This document shows positions 44,012 through 60,326 of a stretch of DNA of 64,000 nucleotides, in pieces. Each line of letters begins with the position of its first letter. The stretch's first letter is position 1. The position numbers and the translations under genes were made by a program. The DNA is from Gammaproteobacteria bacterium (lineage in GTDB: Bacteria > Pseudomonadota > Gammaproteobacteria > Eutrophobiales > Eutrophobiaceae): positions 800,001 through 864,000 of the forward strand of contig OZ220696.1 of NCBI GenBank assembly GCA_965116495.1. The letters run 5' to 3'. The notes beneath the pieces were generated by a model. It did not search any database. It saw only the letters and a program-made list of their open reading frames with translations, and was not told where the DNA came from.

Positions 44012-45478
44012 ATGTGGAAACCGCCGGAGAGAGTCAAGCATAAACCACAACCCGGGGTAAGCCCCGATATGGATGAGGCTGCTGCTGCGCTGATGTTCAC
44101 CCCGGTCAGTCTCGGTCCTTTTACCCTGGAACAACGTACCTGGGTGCCGGCGATGGTGCCCTGGCGTTCCAATGAAGACGGCTTTGTCACCGACGATGTG
44201 CTGGGCTGGTATGAACGGTTTGCCAGGGGGCAGCCCGGAGCCATCGTCATCGAGGCAACCGGTATCCGGGACATTCCCAGCGGACCTTTGCTGCGTATCG
44301 GGGATGACCGGTTTATCCCGGGCCTGAGAGAACTGGCGGATGTGGTGAGAACGGCCAGCGCCGGACATACCCGCTTGCTTATCCAGGTGATCGACTTTCT
44401 CGCTATCCGGCGCCGCCCGGATCCGGCCAAGTACTTTTCCCGTTTTCTGGCTGTCACCGATCTCCACAGGGAGAAGCTGTCCGCCCATGACTGGCCGGAG
44501 CAACGTATCAGGACACACCTGGCCGGTTTGCCTGATGAGGAACTTGATGAAATATTGACTGTTGAAGAACTGGAAGCCTTGCGCATGGGATACCGGGAAC
44601 GGGTCACGGACATGCATCTGCCCCATGTAAAAAACCTGCCGCAGGTACTGCCTGACCTGTTTGCGCAGGCTGCCCGGCGCGCCCGGGAGGCAGGTATCGA
44701 CGGTGTGGAACTCCATTATGCCCATGCCTACACGATGGCTTCGTTTCTGTCTGCGACAAATTGCCGTACGGACGGTTACGGCGGCCCCCGGGAAAACAGG
44801 GTGCGTTTACCCCTGGAGATATTCAACCATATACGCGACGTGGTCGGTGAGGACTATTGTGTCGGCTGCCGTTTCCTCAGCGATGAGTGCATAGAAGGCG
44901 GCAACACAGTTGAAGACGCCATGTATTTCGCAGTCGAATTTGCACAAGCCGGCATGGATTTCATCTCACTGTCCCGGGGAGGCAAATTTGATGACGCCAA
45001 ACAACCGCAAATCGGCTGGGCTGCTTATCCTTATACGGGACGCAGCGGATATGAATGCATGCCCGGTTATATCTCCGATGAATTCGGCCCTTTTGGCCGT
45101 AACGTTGAACCCACCACACAAATCAAAACGGCAATTGATGCGGCCGGATACGCCACGCCCGTGGTTGTCATCGGCGGAATTCACGGGTTCAGGCAGGCGG
45201 AAACCCTGCTGCGGGAGGGCAAAGCCGATATCATAGGCGCAGCCCGCCAGAGTCTTGCCGACCCCGACTGGTTTCTGAAACTCAGGCTGGGGAAGGGTGA
45301 CCAGGTAAGGGTATGCGAATATACCAACTACTGCGAAGGTCTGGACACGAAACACAAACAGGTAACCTGCCAGCTCTGGGACCGGCTGCAACTGGATGAA
45401 CAGGGCATAAAATTATCCAGCGACGGCCGGCGCCGCCTGGTCGCCCCCGAGTGGACGCGTTTGCCCGGAGCAGATTAG
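44012..45478 (+). CDS. NADH:flavin oxidoreductase (old yellow enzyme family)
   Basis: DGVELHYAHAY, RTDGYGG..ENRVR, ADIIGAARQSLADPDW, Cys-containing tail CEYTNYC...VTC. Confidence 0.88.
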   Translation: MWKPPERVKHKPQPGVSPDMDEAAAALMFTPVSLGPFTLEQRTWVPAMVPWRSNEDGFVTDDVLGWYERFARGQPGAIVIEATGIRDIPSGPLLRIGDDRFIPGLRELADVVRTASAGHTRLLIQVIDFLAIRRRPDPAKYFSRFLAVTDLHREKLSAHDWPEQRIRTHLAGLPDEELDEILTVEELEALRMGYRERVTDMHLPHVKNLPQVLPDLFAQAARRAREAGIDGVELHYAHAYTMASFLSATNCRTDGYGGPRENRVRLPLEIFNHIRDVVGEDYCVGCRFLSDECIEGGNTVEDAMYFAVEFAQAGMDFISLSRGGKFDDAKQPQIGWAAYPYTGRSGYECMPGYISDEFGPFGRNVEPTTQIKTAIDAAGYATPVVVIGGIHGFRQAETLLREGKADIIGAARQSLADPDWFLKLRLGKGDQVRVCEYTNYCEGLDTKHKQVTCQLWDRLQLDEQGIKLSSDGRRRLVAPEWTRLPGAD

Positions 45479-45538
45479 GGTGCGCCGGGGAAGGCGTACA
45501 TTACCCAGACAGGTTAAGTATCTTTTTCCGCCTCCGGC

Positions 45539-45973
45539 TCACCCCTGCTGGCGTTCCTTGATTTCATCAAGGGTTTTACAGTCGATGCAGAGGGTTGCCG
45601 TCGGCCTGGCCTCAAGCCGTTGAATTCCAATCTCTCCAGCGCAGATTTCACAATAACCATAATCGCCCGATTCCAGCATCATTAACGACTCATTGATTTT
45701 TTTAATCAGTTTTCGTTCGCGATCCCGCGTCCTTAACTCAAGGGCGAATTCTTCTTCCTGGGTGGCGCGATCGTTGGGGTCGGGAAAATTGGATGCTTCA
45801 TCCTGCATGTGATGCACGGTTCGCTCCACTTCTTCCATCAAAGCCTGCTTCCACTCAATTAACAGGCTACGGAAATGCTCAACCTGGGCGGGCTTCATAT
45901 ACTCACCTGACGCTACTTCACTGCTGATTGGACTGATTTTGCGGGTGTGTTCACCCGTGGCGACCTTTTTCAT
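45539..45973 (-). CDS. dksA: RNA polymerase-binding factor DksA
   Basis: FPDPNDRATQEEE, YGYCEIC...RLEARPTATLCIDCK. Confidence 0.97.
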   Translation of the reverse strand: MKKVATGEHTRKISPISSEVASGEYMKPAQVEHFRSLLIEWKQALMEEVERTVHHMQDEASNFPDPNDRATQEEEFALELRTRDRERKLIKKINESLMMLESGDYGYCEICAGEIGIQRLEARPTATLCIDCKTLDEIKERQQG

Positions 45974-46081
45974 TTCATTAATTACCGAACCGTATTTCAG
46001 TTACATATGGCCTGGGCCTTCTTGTGCAATTATGTGTGTATTTGAAACCATATTCATACTTCGTGTCAACGAAAATGAAAA

Positions 46082-46189
46082 GTGTGAAAAGTGGGGTCAG
46101 GTCGCACAATGCACATGCTGAGGAAACCAATGTGAAGCCAAGCAACTCTCCAATATGTGTATTGTGCGACCTGACCCCACTTTTCACAC
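46082..46189. repeat. 35-bp inverted repeat (34/35) with TGGGGTCAG core
   Basis: Arms at 46082-46116 and 46155-46189. Confidence 0.9.
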
Positions 46190-46190
46190 C

Positions 46191-46580
46191 TCAAGGCAGA
46201 GTCACTTTTTCGGGGATATGCCAGTCCTCTTTTTTATGTTCTGCAGTGACTGACGTATAGATTCCGCCGCGCACGTTAAAGTCTGCAGTCAATTTCATAT
46301 ACCTGGGAGAAATTGCTGCTACCAGGTCGGATAGAATACTGTTGGTTACGGCTTCATGGAACGCGCCTTCATCACGATACGACCATATATAGAGTTTGAG
46401 TGACTTCAATTCAACGCATAACTGGTCCGGAACGTAATGGAGATGCAACGTAGCAAAGTCCGGTTGTCCCGTAACAGGGCATAAACAGGTAAACTCAGGC
46501 AGCCTGATACTGATCGTATAATCACGCCCGGGTTCCGGGTTAGTAAAAGTATCCAGTGTTTTGGATGCTGTTATCGTCAT
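46191..46580 (-). CDS. queF: PreQ0 reductase QueF (type I)
   Basis: [33 protein letters not shown]; start moved to ATG 46580. Confidence 0.95.
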   Translation of the reverse strand: MTITASKTLDTFTNPEPGRDYTISIRLPEFTCLCPVTGQPDFATLHLHYVPDQLCVELKSLKLYIWSYRDEGAFHEAVTNSILSDLVAAISPRYMKLTADFNVRGGIYTSVTAEHKKEDWHIPEKVTLP

Positions 46581-46742
46581 GCCGCTTTCAAACCATCTTA
46601 TCCAAGTGGGCAATTATAGCAATCTTTACAGTCACATGTCTAAGAAGATACTTTATTATTTACTAATATAATTTGTAATTACAATTTATTACATATATAT
46701 ATTAATCTAATATATAAAGACTGAGGGTCTCATATTCCATAT

Positions 46743-46904
46743 CAGGGTTATCTTAAAGTCATTACCCGCTTTCAAATCTCCCACCCGTCATTCCTGCACA
46801 AGCAGGAATCCACATTCATTGTGTATAAAAAATTATGTTTTCATTGGATTCCGGATCAAGCCCGGAATGACAGCGGGGCGCATACCGACTTTGAGATAGC
46901 CCTG
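46743..46904. mobile_element. 162-bp MITE with CAGGG terminal inverted repeats and a 10-bp target-site duplication (ISAs1-like ends)
   Basis: TIR CAGGGTTATCTTAAAGTC / CAGGGCTATCTCAAAGTC (16/18); TATTCCATAT at 46733-46742 and 46905-46914. Confidence 0.85.
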
Positions 46905-46959
46905 TATTCCATATACCTTTACTTGTATCTTGCAGTTCAAAACGGTATGGTTATAACTC

Positions 46960-54088
<7,129 letters not shown>

Positions 54089-54193
54089 ACAGGTGCAATA
54101 TATGGAGCAAGATAATATAATTGATTCTCTGCACACATTTATAAAATTTTGTCGTGCCTGAGCGCTGTCCTCACGTCATGACAGAAATTTACC

Positions 54194-54775
54194 ATGGAAC
54201 CTGATATATCCGACCAAATACTCGTAGAAAGGGTTAAAAGTGGGGACAAGAAAGCGTTTGATGCGCTGGTGGTCAAGTACCAGGGCAGGATTTTGAACCT
54301 GATATCCCGCTTCGTTCACAACCCTTACGATGCCAGTGACATTGCCCAGGAAGCTTTTATCAAGGCTTACAGCGCATTGCCGAAGTTTCGTGGCGACAGC
54401 GCATTCTATACCTGGCTCTACCGGATTGCCATAAATACGGCAAAAAATTTTCTTGCCTCAAGATCGCGTCAACCTTTTGATACGGCCGTGGATTTTAATG
54501 AAATGGAACAAACAGAGCGAAGTGACAGTCTAAGGGAGCAGACAACGCCGGAACGCTTGCTGCTGACTCGTGAATTGCAAGAAACCATAATTTCAGCAAT
54601 TGAAGAGTTGCCGGTAGATTTGCGTTCGGCAATCACATTGCGTGAAATAGACGGACTGAGCTACCAGGAGATCGCAACAGTTATGGACTGCCCGGTCGGC
54701 ACGGTGCGTTCGCGTATTTTTCGCGCCAGGGAAGCGGTGGATAAACGATTAAAACCTTTACTTGTTGATGATTAA
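54194..54775 (+). CDS. rpoE: ECF sigma factor RpoE
   Basis: FRGDSAFYTWLYRIAIN, CPVGTVRSRIFRAR; divergent from nadB. Confidence 0.96.
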   Translation: MEPDISDQILVERVKSGDKKAFDALVVKYQGRILNLISRFVHNPYDASDIAQEAFIKAYSALPKFRGDSAFYTWLYRIAINTAKNFLASRSRQPFDTAVDFNEMEQTERSDSLREQTTPERLLLTRELQETIISAIEELPVDLRSAITLREIDGLSYQEIATVMDCPVGTVRSRIFRAREAVDKRLKPLLVDD

Positions 54776-54776
54776 T

Positions 54777-55340
54777 ATGAACGATTCAAAAAAAGAACAG
54801 TTATCTTCTTTTATGGATGGTGAGATTGACGGGCAGGACAAAAAACTGGTCGACAGGTTACTGAAGGATCCCGAACTGTCGGACACCTGGTCGCGCTACC
54901 ATTTGATTTCGGACTGCCTCAAACAAAATCTGCCCGAACGCATTGACAGGGACCTGGCGGTAAATGTTTCAAAATCCGTACAAAATGAACCCGCAATCGT
55001 CGCCCCCGTGCGCCTGTCTCATCCGCTCATCAAACCCGTTACAGGGTTTGCCATAGCCGCTTCCGTTACTGCGCTGGCTATTCTGGGCATACAACAACAG
55101 CAGTTGGGCGGGCCGCACGAAATACCTCAGGATACGCTGGTGCAAACCGTGCCCGGTACCGGCGGCGGCAATGTCTATGCGCCGGTACGACAGGTAAGTT
55201 CGGGAAGCAATGAGGTGATGACTGAATGCGATAACCAGGCGACCGGGAGCAACCAGGTGAATTCAGGCAATGAAGAACAGGCACTGGAAGACAGGGTAGA
55301 GGGCGCTGGTGCGGATGGAAGAGGAGTGAATTGCCGATGA
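54777..55340 (+). CDS. rseA: Anti-sigma-E factor RseA
   Basis: EQLSSFMDGE, WSRYHLISD, TM segment AIAASV. Confidence 0.9.
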   Translation: MNDSKKEQLSSFMDGEIDGQDKKLVDRLLKDPELSDTWSRYHLISDCLKQNLPERIDRDLAVNVSKSVQNEPAIVAPVRLSHPLIKPVTGFAIAASVTALAILGIQQQQLGGPHEIPQDTLVQTVPGTGGGNVYAPVRQVSSGSNEVMTECDNQATGSNQVNSGNEEQALEDRVEGAGADGRGVNCR

Positions 55341-56866
55341 TGTCAACAGGCTTGCCGTTACCGTGCCGGATTATTTCCGGGAATGTACAGCCGAGTGTAG
55401 TCCTGGTTGTTTTGCATGAAGTAAAAAACCAGGTGATCAATGCTCTCTGTTACAGGTATATCCTGCCGGCACTTTTTCTGTGTATTACGGGGACGGCAAG
55501 TGCCGCGCCCTTGCCTGATTTTACGGCGCTGGTGCAGGATAACTCTGCGGCCGTCGTCAACATCAGTACGACTTTCAGGAAAGATAACCCTGAAGCCTCC
55601 GGGAGGCCGCAGATACCGGACGTGCCTGAGGACAGCCCGTTTTATGATTTTTTCCGTAAGTTTTTTGAGGAACAGGCGCCGGAAAACCGGGGAATGCCAA
55701 GAGAGGCAGCCTCCCTCGGGTCAGGGTTTATAATTTCAGAGGACGGTTATGTCATTACCAACAGTCACGTAGTCGCTGATGCTGATGAAATCATCGTCAG
55801 ACTGAGTGACCGCAGGGAGTTTATCGCTGAAATAGTCGGCACCGACAAGCGTAGTGATATTGCGCTGCTTAAAGTTGACGGAAACGGCCTGCCCGTAGTC
55901 AGGCTGGGCAGTTCCTCGGAGCTGAAGGTCGGGGAATGGGTGCTGGCAATAGGGTCGCCTTTCGGTTTTGATTATTCGGTTACCCAGGGGATAGTGAGCG
56001 CGATAGGCAGGAGCCTGCCAAATGAAAATTATATTCCCTTCATTCAAACAGATGTCGCGATTAACCCGGGGAACTCCGGTGGTCCCTTGTTCAACCTGGA
56101 CGGTGAAGTAATCGGGGTAAACTCACAAATATACAGCCGTACCGGTGGGTTCATGGGCCTGTCTTTCGCAGTGCCTGTCGACGTGGTCGTCAATGTGTAT
56201 TCACAGCTACGGGAAACCGGTCATGTTACCCGGGGTTGGCTCGGTGTGCTGATACAGGATGTGACGCGGGAACTGGCCGAATCGTTTAACATGGACAAGC
56301 CCCATGGCGCTCTGGTTGCAAAAGTGTTGACTGACAGTCCCGCACAAGCCGCAGGCATTGAAGTGGGTGATATCATCATCGGGTATGACGGCACCGGGAT
56401 CGCATTTTCATCCGACCTGCCTCCCCTGGTCGGAAACAGTAAAATCAACACAAAAGTGCCGCTGGAAATCATCCGGGAAGGGAAGCGTAAACACCTCGAG
56501 GTCCTGATTGCAACACTGCCCGAAGAAGGTCAAATCGCACGCGCAGAAAGTGCCGCTCCACAGGTTGAGCCGTCCAATGCAATGAATCTCGTGGTCGGTG
56601 AACTGACGGAGGAGCAGAGAAAAAAGCTGGACCTGCCCAAACACGGTATAATGGTCAAACAAGTAAAGCCCGGGCCGGGTGGTGAATCTGGAATTCGTAA
56701 AGGGGATGTAATTTTGATAGTGAATAATATACATGTGGAAAGCGTTTCACAGTTTGAACAGATACTTGCGGAATTGCCGCGTAACCGTTCTGTCCCAATC
56801 CTGATCCAAAGACGCGGCGCACCGACGTTCCTGGCGTTCAAACTGACTGGAGAAGAAGACGAATAA
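55331..56866 (+). CDS. degP: DegP/MucD periplasmic serine protease (true start probably downstream)
   Basis: LPDF, TNSHVV, DIALLK, GNSGGPL, two PDZ domains. Confidence 0.92.
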   Translation: MPMMSTGLPLPCRIISGNVQPSVVLVVLHEVKNQVINALCYRYILPALFLCITGTASAAPLPDFTALVQDNSAAVVNISTTFRKDNPEASGRPQIPDVPEDSPFYDFFRKFFEEQAPENRGMPREAASLGSGFIISEDGYVITNSHVVADADEIIVRLSDRREFIAEIVGTDKRSDIALLKVDGNGLPVVRLGSSSELKVGEWVLAIGSPFGFDYSVTQGIVSAIGRSLPNENYIPFIQTDVAINPGNSGGPLFNLDGEVIGVNSQIYSRTGGFMGLSFAVPVDVVVNVYSQLRETGHVTRGWLGVLIQDVTRELAESFNMDKPHGALVAKVLTDSPAQAAGIEVGDIIIGYDGTGIAFSSDLPPLVGNSKINTKVPLEIIREGKRKHLEVLIATLPEEGQIARAESAAPQVEPSNAMNLVVGELTEEQRKKLDLPKHGIMVKQVKPGPGGESGIRKGDVILIVNNIHVESVSQFEQILAELPRNRSVPILIQRRGAPTFLAFKLTGEEDE

Positions 56867-56915
56867 GCTTTGTCCGGCCACTCCATATAAACGTTAGTTT
56901 TACAGTCCGGTTTAT

Positions 56916-58712
56916 ATGGAGCGGATCAGAAACTTTTCCATCATCGCGCACATAGACCACGGCAAGTCTACACTCGCTGATCGGTTTATCCAGGTTTGCG
57001 GCGGGTTGAGTGAGCGGGAAATGTCCGCGCAGGTGCTGGATTCGATGGAGTTGGAAAGAGAGCGTGGCATTACGATTAAATCCCAGAGTGTGCGGCTGGA
57101 TTATCCCCACTGTGACGGCCACTCGTACCAGTTCAATATTATTGACACGCCCGGCCATGTCGATTTCAGTTATGAAGTGTCCCGTTCGTTATCAGCATGC
57201 GAAGGCGCTTTGCTGGTTGTGGATTGTACCCAGAGCGTAGAGGCACAGACCGTAGCAAACTGTTTTGCCGCCATTGATAATGGACTGGATGTAATCCCGG
57301 TCCTGAACAAGATTGATTTGCCGGCGGCCGACCCTGAAAAGGTGATGCTGGATATTGAGGAGTTAATCGGAATTGACGCAAGGAATGCCCTGCTGGTCAG
57401 CGCCAAAACCGGGGAGGGACTGGAGCAACTGCTTGGCGCCATAATAGAACGCATCCCGCCTCCTCAAGGTAATACCGACGCACCGTTGACGGCATTGATC
57501 ATCGATTCCTGGTTTGATAATTACCTGGGAGTAGTCTCCCTGGTACGCGTCAATGAGGGCAGCTTGAGAGTCGGCGACAAGATCAGAATATTTTCAACAG
57601 GGCAGAATTACAGCGTTGATGAGGTCGGGTCATTTACGCCCAAGAGAACACCGGGTTCCTGCCTGGCTACAGGCGAGGTTGGTTACGTTGTGGCCGGGAT
57701 CAAGGAAATTCTCGGCGCGCCCGTAGGCGATACCATCACTTCAGGCAAACACCCGGTGGAACGCCCGGTACCTGGTTTCCAGCCTGCCAAGCCGCGTGTC
57801 TTTGCCGGCATGTTTCCTATCGAATCCAGTGATTTCGAGGACTTTCGCGAGGCCTTGGCCAAACTGAAATTAAATGACGCGGCGTTGTATTTTGAACCTG
57901 AAACCTCACAGGCCCTGGGCTTCGGGTTCCGTTGCGGATTTCTGGGTATGTTGCATATGGAAATTGTCCAGGAACGCCTGGAGCGTGAGTACGATATGAA
58001 CCTGATAATCACGGCGCCCACCGTGGTATATGAAATTGAAACCACTTCCGGTTCCAGGTTGTACATTGATAATCCCGCCGACCTCCCCGGCACGGATAAG
58101 GTCGTTGCAGTTCGGGAACCCGTAGTTCGTGCTGATATACTGACACCGCAGGAGTACCTGGGCAACGTGATCTCCCTGTGCATCGAGAAAAGAGGCGAAC
58201 AAAAGAAATTGCACTATGCCGGGCGGCAGGTAGCCATTGCTTTCGAGATGCCTCTCAGCGAAATTGTGCTGGATTTTTTTGACCGATTGAAATCGGTAAG
58301 CAGAGGGTATGCGTCTTTTGATTATCATTTTGAACGCTATAATGAGGCGCCCCTGGTTAAACTGGACGTGTTGATTAACGGCACCCGGGTGGATGCATTG
58401 TCATGTATCGTCCACCGGGACCTGGCACAACGCCGCGGGCGGGAACTGGCGACAAAGATGAAACAACTGGTACCGCGCCAGATGTATGAAGTGGCGATAC
58501 AGGCGGCGATAGGTTCGAAAATCATTGCTCGGGAATCCGTCAAGGCACTACGAAAGAACGTTACGGCCAAGTGTTACGGCGGTGACGTAACGCGCAAGAG
58601 AAAACTACTCGAGAAACAAAAAGCAGGGAAAAAAAGAATGAAACAACTGGGTTCGGTTGAGATTCCGCAGTCGGCGTTTATGGCTATTCTGCATGTAGGT
58701 GGCGAGCAATGA
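56916..58712 (+). CDS. lepA: Elongation factor 4
   Basis: [30 protein letters not shown]. Confidence 0.98.
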   Translation: MERIRNFSIIAHIDHGKSTLADRFIQVCGGLSEREMSAQVLDSMELERERGITIKSQSVRLDYPHCDGHSYQFNIIDTPGHVDFSYEVSRSLSACEGALLVVDCTQSVEAQTVANCFAAIDNGLDVIPVLNKIDLPAADPEKVMLDIEELIGIDARNALLVSAKTGEGLEQLLGAIIERIPPPQGNTDAPLTALIIDSWFDNYLGVVSLVRVNEGSLRVGDKIRIFSTGQNYSVDEVGSFTPKRTPGSCLATGEVGYVVAGIKEILGAPVGDTITSGKHPVERPVPGFQPAKPRVFAGMFPIESSDFEDFREALAKLKLNDAALYFEPETSQALGFGFRCGFLGMLHMEIVQERLEREYDMNLIITAPTVVYEIETTSGSRLYIDNPADLPGTDKVVAVREPVVRADILTPQEYLGNVISLCIEKRGEQKKLHYAGRQVAIAFEMPLSEIVLDFFDRLKSVSRGYASFDYHFERYNEAPLVKLDVLINGTRVDALSCIVHRDLAQRRGRELATKMKQLVPRQMYEVAIQAAIGSKIIARESVKALRKNVTAKCYGGDVTRKRKLLEKQKAGKKRMKQLGSVEIPQSAFMAILHVGGEQ

Positions 58713-59518
58713 GCTTCGATTTCGCTGCATTGCTGGTATTGCTGACCTTTGCCAGCGGCATAGTCTGGGGTCTCGACGCCCTGTATTTTGCGCAGGGCAG
58801 AACTACTTCTGCTGCTGACGGCGGCGAGAGCAAAGAACCGTTAATCGTGGATTATGCCCGTTCGTTGTTTCCTGTCTTTTTGATCGTGTTGATCCTGCGC
58901 TCATTCATTGTTGAACCGTTCCGTATTCCCTCTGCATCCATGATGCCGACCCTGTTACGAGGCGATTTCATCCTGGTAAACAAGCACGATTACGGCATTC
59001 GTCTGCCGGTTCTGAATACCAAGGTATTCGGTAACGGGAAACCGCAACGGGGTGATGTTGTCGTCTTTCGCTACCCTGAAGACCCCGCAATTCCCTTTAT
59101 CAAGAGAGTAGTCGGTTTGCCCGGAGATCACCTGCAATACAAGGACAAAAGCCTGACAATTAATGGTGTTGGCGTCGAACTCAAACTGAAGGAGATTTAT
59201 CAGAGTGAGGGGGTGGGAAAGAGGGAGAACGGTTCTTATCGATTGCTGGAACAACTGGATGAAGTTCATCACGATATCCTGATTAACCCTCTGCAATCCC
59301 CGGCCGTGGAGGTTGACCGGAAAATTCCTCAAGGACATTATTTTGTTCTGGGTGATAACCGTGACAACAGCAGGGACAGCCGTTACTGGGGCCTGGTCCC
59401 GGATGAGAATCTCGTGGGAAGGGCATTTTATATATGGATGAACTGGAGCAGCGACGGTATTCTTGATTTTCACAGCTGGGATATGGATTGGGACCGGATT
59501 GGGACAACCATAAATTAA
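58709..59518 (+). CDS. lepB: Signal peptidase I
   Basis: [35 protein letters not shown]. Confidence 0.97.
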   Translation: MSFDFAALLVLLTFASGIVWGLDALYFAQGRTTSAADGGESKEPLIVDYARSLFPVFLIVLILRSFIVEPFRIPSASMMPTLLRGDFILVNKHDYGIRLPVLNTKVFGNGKPQRGDVVVFRYPEDPAIPFIKRVVGLPGDHLQYKDKSLTINGVGVELKLKEIYQSEGVGKRENGSYRLLEQLDEVHHDILINPLQSPAVEVDRKIPQGHYFVLGDNRDNSRDSRYWGLVPDENLVGRAFYIWMNWSSDGILDFHSWDMDWDRIGTTIN

Positions 59519-59551
59519 CCCGACCAATTTGGGACAACCATAAATTAACCT
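59492..59551. repeat. Two 30-bp tandem copies of the TTGGGACAACCATAAATT motif (family of 10610-10785)
   Basis: Period 30; the first copy contains the lepB stop codon. Confidence 0.85.
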
Positions 59552-59557
59552 GCGGTC

Positions 59558-60244
59558 ATGAATGATCTGTATCTGTACATGAAAAATATCCTGGGTCATG
59601 ATTTCCGTGATACTGAATTATTGACTACGGCCTTGACGCACCGGAGTTTCAGCAGGGATCACAATGAAAGACTTGAATTCCTGGGGGACGCACTGCTCGG
59701 CATGTTTATTGCGGACGAACTGTATAGGAAGTTCCCGCAGGCTGCTGAGAGTGAACTGACACGATTGCGCTCGTCCCTGGTAAAAAAGGAAACACTCGCT
59801 CAACTAGCAATACAACTGGACCTGGGAAGCCAAACCAGGTTCGGCATTGGTGAATACAAGAGTGGGGGAAGGCAGAAGGAGTCACTCCTGGCTAATACCA
59901 TGGAGGCGTTAATTGGCGCGATTTACCTGGATTCAGACCTGGAAAACTGTCGTCGCTTCATCCTGAAACTGTATGCTTCCCTGCTTGACGAATTGACCCT
60001 TGAGAATGTACCGAAAGACCCGAAATCCGAATTGCAGGAATATTTGCAAGCCGGCAGGAAATCCTTGCCGGCATATAATGTGATTGCAGAAGAAGGGGAC
60101 GCGCATGACAAACTGTTCACCATAGAGTGTTATGTTGACGGCATTGTCAAACCCATCGTGGCACAGGGAAGGAGCAAACGAAATGCGGAACAATCGGCGG
60201 CCAGGACGGCACTGCAGATGATAGCCCTGGATGCCGATCAATAA
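59558..60244 (+). CDS. rnc: Ribonuclease III
   Basis: ALTHRS, NERLEFLGD, DPKSELQE dsRBD. Confidence 0.97.
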   Translation: MNDLYLYMKNILGHDFRDTELLTTALTHRSFSRDHNERLEFLGDALLGMFIADELYRKFPQAAESELTRLRSSLVKKETLAQLAIQLDLGSQTRFGIGEYKSGGRQKESLLANTMEALIGAIYLDSDLENCRRFILKLYASLLDELTLENVPKDPKSELQEYLQAGRKSLPAYNVIAEEGDAHDKLFTIECYVDGIVKPIVAQGRSKRNAEQSAARTALQMIALDADQ

Positions 60245-60249
60245 TATAT

Positions 60250-60326
60250 TTGGGGTCAGTGTAAAAACTCATAACAGGTTTTCCGACCCCTGGCAGGCTG
60301 AATATGAGTTTTTACACTGACCCCAA
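60250..60326. repeat. Perfect 24-bp inverted repeat with TGGGGTCAG core overlapping the era start
   Basis: TTGGGGTCAGTGTAAAAACTCATA at 60250-60273 and its reverse complement at 60303-60326. Confidence 0.9.

Noticed and set aside
43853-44725. 290-aa minus-strand ORF
   Set aside because: Antisense to the OYE gene, with no recognisable motifs.
45939-46260. Short ORFs beginning MKSGVRSHN on both strands
   Set aside because: Translations of the two arms of the 35-bp inverted repeat.
46620-46730. Very AT-rich stretch, possible replication origin
   Set aside because: No DnaA-box cluster; consistent with an ordinary divergent promoter.
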